From Gemmatimonadota bacterium (GTDB taxonomy: Bacteria > Gemmatimonadota > Gemmatimonadetes > Gemmatimonadales > GWC2-71-9), in NCBI GenBank assembly GCA_039586365.1, contig JBDHKN010000066.1, forward strand, positions 1 through 27,105: a stretch of DNA of 27,105 nt, written 5' to 3'. A program made the translations under genes and the position numbers. Positions 25,455 through 27,105 of the stretch are shown here, one piece after another (positions within the stretch are counted from its first letter, which is position 1; each line of letters opens with the position of its first letter). The notes beneath the pieces were generated by a model. It saw nothing but the letters and a program-made list of their open reading frames with translations. It made no database searches and was not told where the DNA came from.

Positions 25455-26989
25455 AGTTCTGGTTCGCTGTCAGACTCTATCATGATCGTTTCGCGCTGGA
25501 GACCATGCTTTTCCATCAGTCGGTACAGGGTGGTGCGGTCCACCCCAGCGACCCGTGCCGCCTTCGACATGTTACCACCTGCACGATTCACCAGGGCGGT
25601 GAGGTACCTCCGCTCGAACTCGGTCAAGACCCGCTCCCGCGCGGTGTGATATGGCTCTTCGCCGAGCGAACCACCCACCTCCACCGTCGCCTCATCCGCC
25701 AGACCCAACTCACCACCTATGAACGGTAGTTGGCTCGTTTCAATCACGCTGCCCGGCTCAGTCAGCACCACGACGTGCTCGATGAGGTTTTGCAGCTCAC
25801 GCACGTTCCCCGGCCAGCCATAGGAACATAGCGCCCGAATCGCTCCAGGAGACAGTTGCGGCAGTGGCTGACCAGAATCCCTGTGCTCGGTCCAATAGTA
25901 CCTCAAGAAGTGGTCTGCCAACAAGGGGATGTCTTCCTGGCGCTGCCGCAGGGATGGCAGCACAATCGGCACGACGCGGAGTCGGTAGAACAGGTCCTCG
26001 CGCAGGATGCCTTCCTCTGTGGCATCCTTGGGGTCGCGGTTGGTGGCTGCGATGAACCGCACATTCACCACTGCGTCGATCGTCTCGCTGCCTACTCGGC
26101 GCACCACCCCGTCCTGGATGACTCGAAGCAGCTTGGCCTGGATCGGCTTGGACATCTCGGTCACCTCGTCCAACAACATCGTTCCGCCGTTGGCAGTCTC
26201 GAGCAGTCCCGGTTTGTCCCTCACAGCCCCAGTGAAGGCTCCCTTGCGGTGGCCGAACATCTCTGATTCCAAGAGAGACTCGGGTAGGGCGGCACAGTTT
26301 ATTGCCACCAGGGGTCGGCTGGCGCGCCTGCTGTAGTAATGGATGAACTGCGCGATCAACTCCTTGCCTGTGCCGCTCTCGCCGGTCAGGAAGACCGAGG
26401 CGTTGGTGCGCGCCACCTTCCGCGCCAGTTCTATGGCCCGTCTAAAGGCCGGAGCGACCCCCAATACGGTCACCTTGTCACTGTGCCCGAATTCACGCGC
26501 AGCTGCGGCGTGCCGCTTCCTGGTCTCGCGGGCTACCAGCACCGTGTGCGCGGCTCTGCCCACCAAGATCTGGAGTTGGGCAGCGGCAAAAGGCTTGGGT
26601 AGGTAATCCCACGCCCCCGCCCGGAGGGCTCCCAGGCTGGCCTCAACCGACGGATTGCCCGTCATGACGATCGCGATGGTGTCCGGGTTCTTCTTGAGAC
26701 AGGCCTCGAGGAGTTGGACGCCCGGCACGTCGCTCATGTACTGGTCGATCAGGACGATGTCGAACGCACGGCGGCTCAGCAGATCAAAGGCCTCATCTCC
26801 CTTGCCGCAAGCCTCAACCGTGTATCCTTCCGTATTGAGGAACGTCCGGCAGCTTTCCCGGAGAGTTCGCTCGTCGTCGATGACCAATACTCTCAATCCG
26901 AGCTTTGCCTCCGGATCGAGTTGGGAGAAATCCGGCAATGGCGCGTCGGCCAGAGGATTGCGCGTGGTTGCGGATTGCGGCGTTGCCAT
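25451..26989 (-). CDS. Sigma54-dependent NtrC-family response regulator (REC-AAA+-Fis HTH)
   Basis: REC (VIDDE, LID, YLPKP), Walker A GESGTGKE, ESEMFGH-GAFTGA, Walker B LDEV, DLFYRL, WPGNVREL and HTH GNMSKAARVAGVDRTTLYR; GGAGG RBS before ATG 26989. Confidence 0.96.
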   Translation of the reverse strand: MATPQSATTRNPLADAPLPDFSQLDPEAKLGLRVLVIDDERTLRESCRTFLNTEGYTVEACGKGDEAFDLLSRRAFDIVLIDQYMSDVPGVQLLEACLKKNPDTIAIVMTGNPSVEASLGALRAGAWDYLPKPFAAAQLQILVGRAAHTVLVARETRKRHAAAAREFGHSDKVTVLGVAPAFRRAIELARKVARTNASVFLTGESGTGKELIAQFIHYYSRRASRPLVAINCAALPESLLESEMFGHRKGAFTGAVRDKPGLLETANGGTMLLDEVTEMSKPIQAKLLRVIQDGVVRRVGSETIDAVVNVRFIAATNRDPKDATEEGILREDLFYRLRVVPIVLPSLRQRQEDIPLLADHFLRYYWTEHRDSGQPLPQLSPGAIRALCSYGWPGNVRELQNLIEHVVVLTEPGSVIETSQLPFIGGELGLADEATVEVGGSLGEEPYHTARERVLTEFERRYLTALVNRAGGNMSKAARVAGVDRTTLYRLMEKHGLQRETIMIESDSEPEL

Positions 26990-27069
26990 CAAGCTGCCTC
27001 CGGAGGATGCACGACTAGTTCAACACGTCCTGAAAACGCATGCCGCAAGCTGCGGCGGAATGGTACTCA

Positions 27070-27085
27070 TGCAGGGGACGGGCCA
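27070..27085 (-). promoter_or_regulatory. Sigma54 -24/-12 promoter candidate (TGGCCCGTCCCCTGCA)
   Basis: Two mismatches to TGGCACG-N4-TTGCA, 80 nt upstream of the regulator ATG. Confidence 0.65.
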
Positions 27086-27105
27086 CCGTCGCGCCGCAAT
27101 CGGTG

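Overview
Surface-glycan/exopolysaccharide locus from a GC-rich bacterium (gene style is Gemmatimonadota-like, which is an inference). The left arm (minus strand) encodes glycan-tailoring enzymes: two class I SAM methyltransferases (one cut by the window edge), an extended-SDR epimerase, two different NodU/CmcH-family carbamoyltransferases (one in an SxtI-SxtJ-SxtK/DUF5989-like cassette followed by a membrane SGNH hydrolase) and a small KWW-containing membrane ORF. The centre encodes a 2315-aa predicted lipoprotein with 21 Big_2 Ig-like repeats and a beta-helix-like tip. The right arm holds XrtA/PEP-CTERM-system-type polysaccharide deacetylase and FemAB-like genes, a second deacetylase, an O-antigen-ligase-family protein, a GT4, a LMW tyrosine phosphatase, a priming sugar transferase with an Arg-rich insert, a TM-less histidine kinase and a sigma54-dependent NtrC-family response regulator. 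Reading the intergenic DNA by eye gave an apparent sigma54 regulon: several -24/-12 elements, a recurring 18-bp palindrome (approx. TGTYGC-N6-GCAACR) about 84, 95, 96 and 105 bp upstream of four of them, and an exact IHF consensus in one spacer. No mobile element, CRISPR array, tRNA or rRNA was seen. All family calls are from motif recognition, not database searches.
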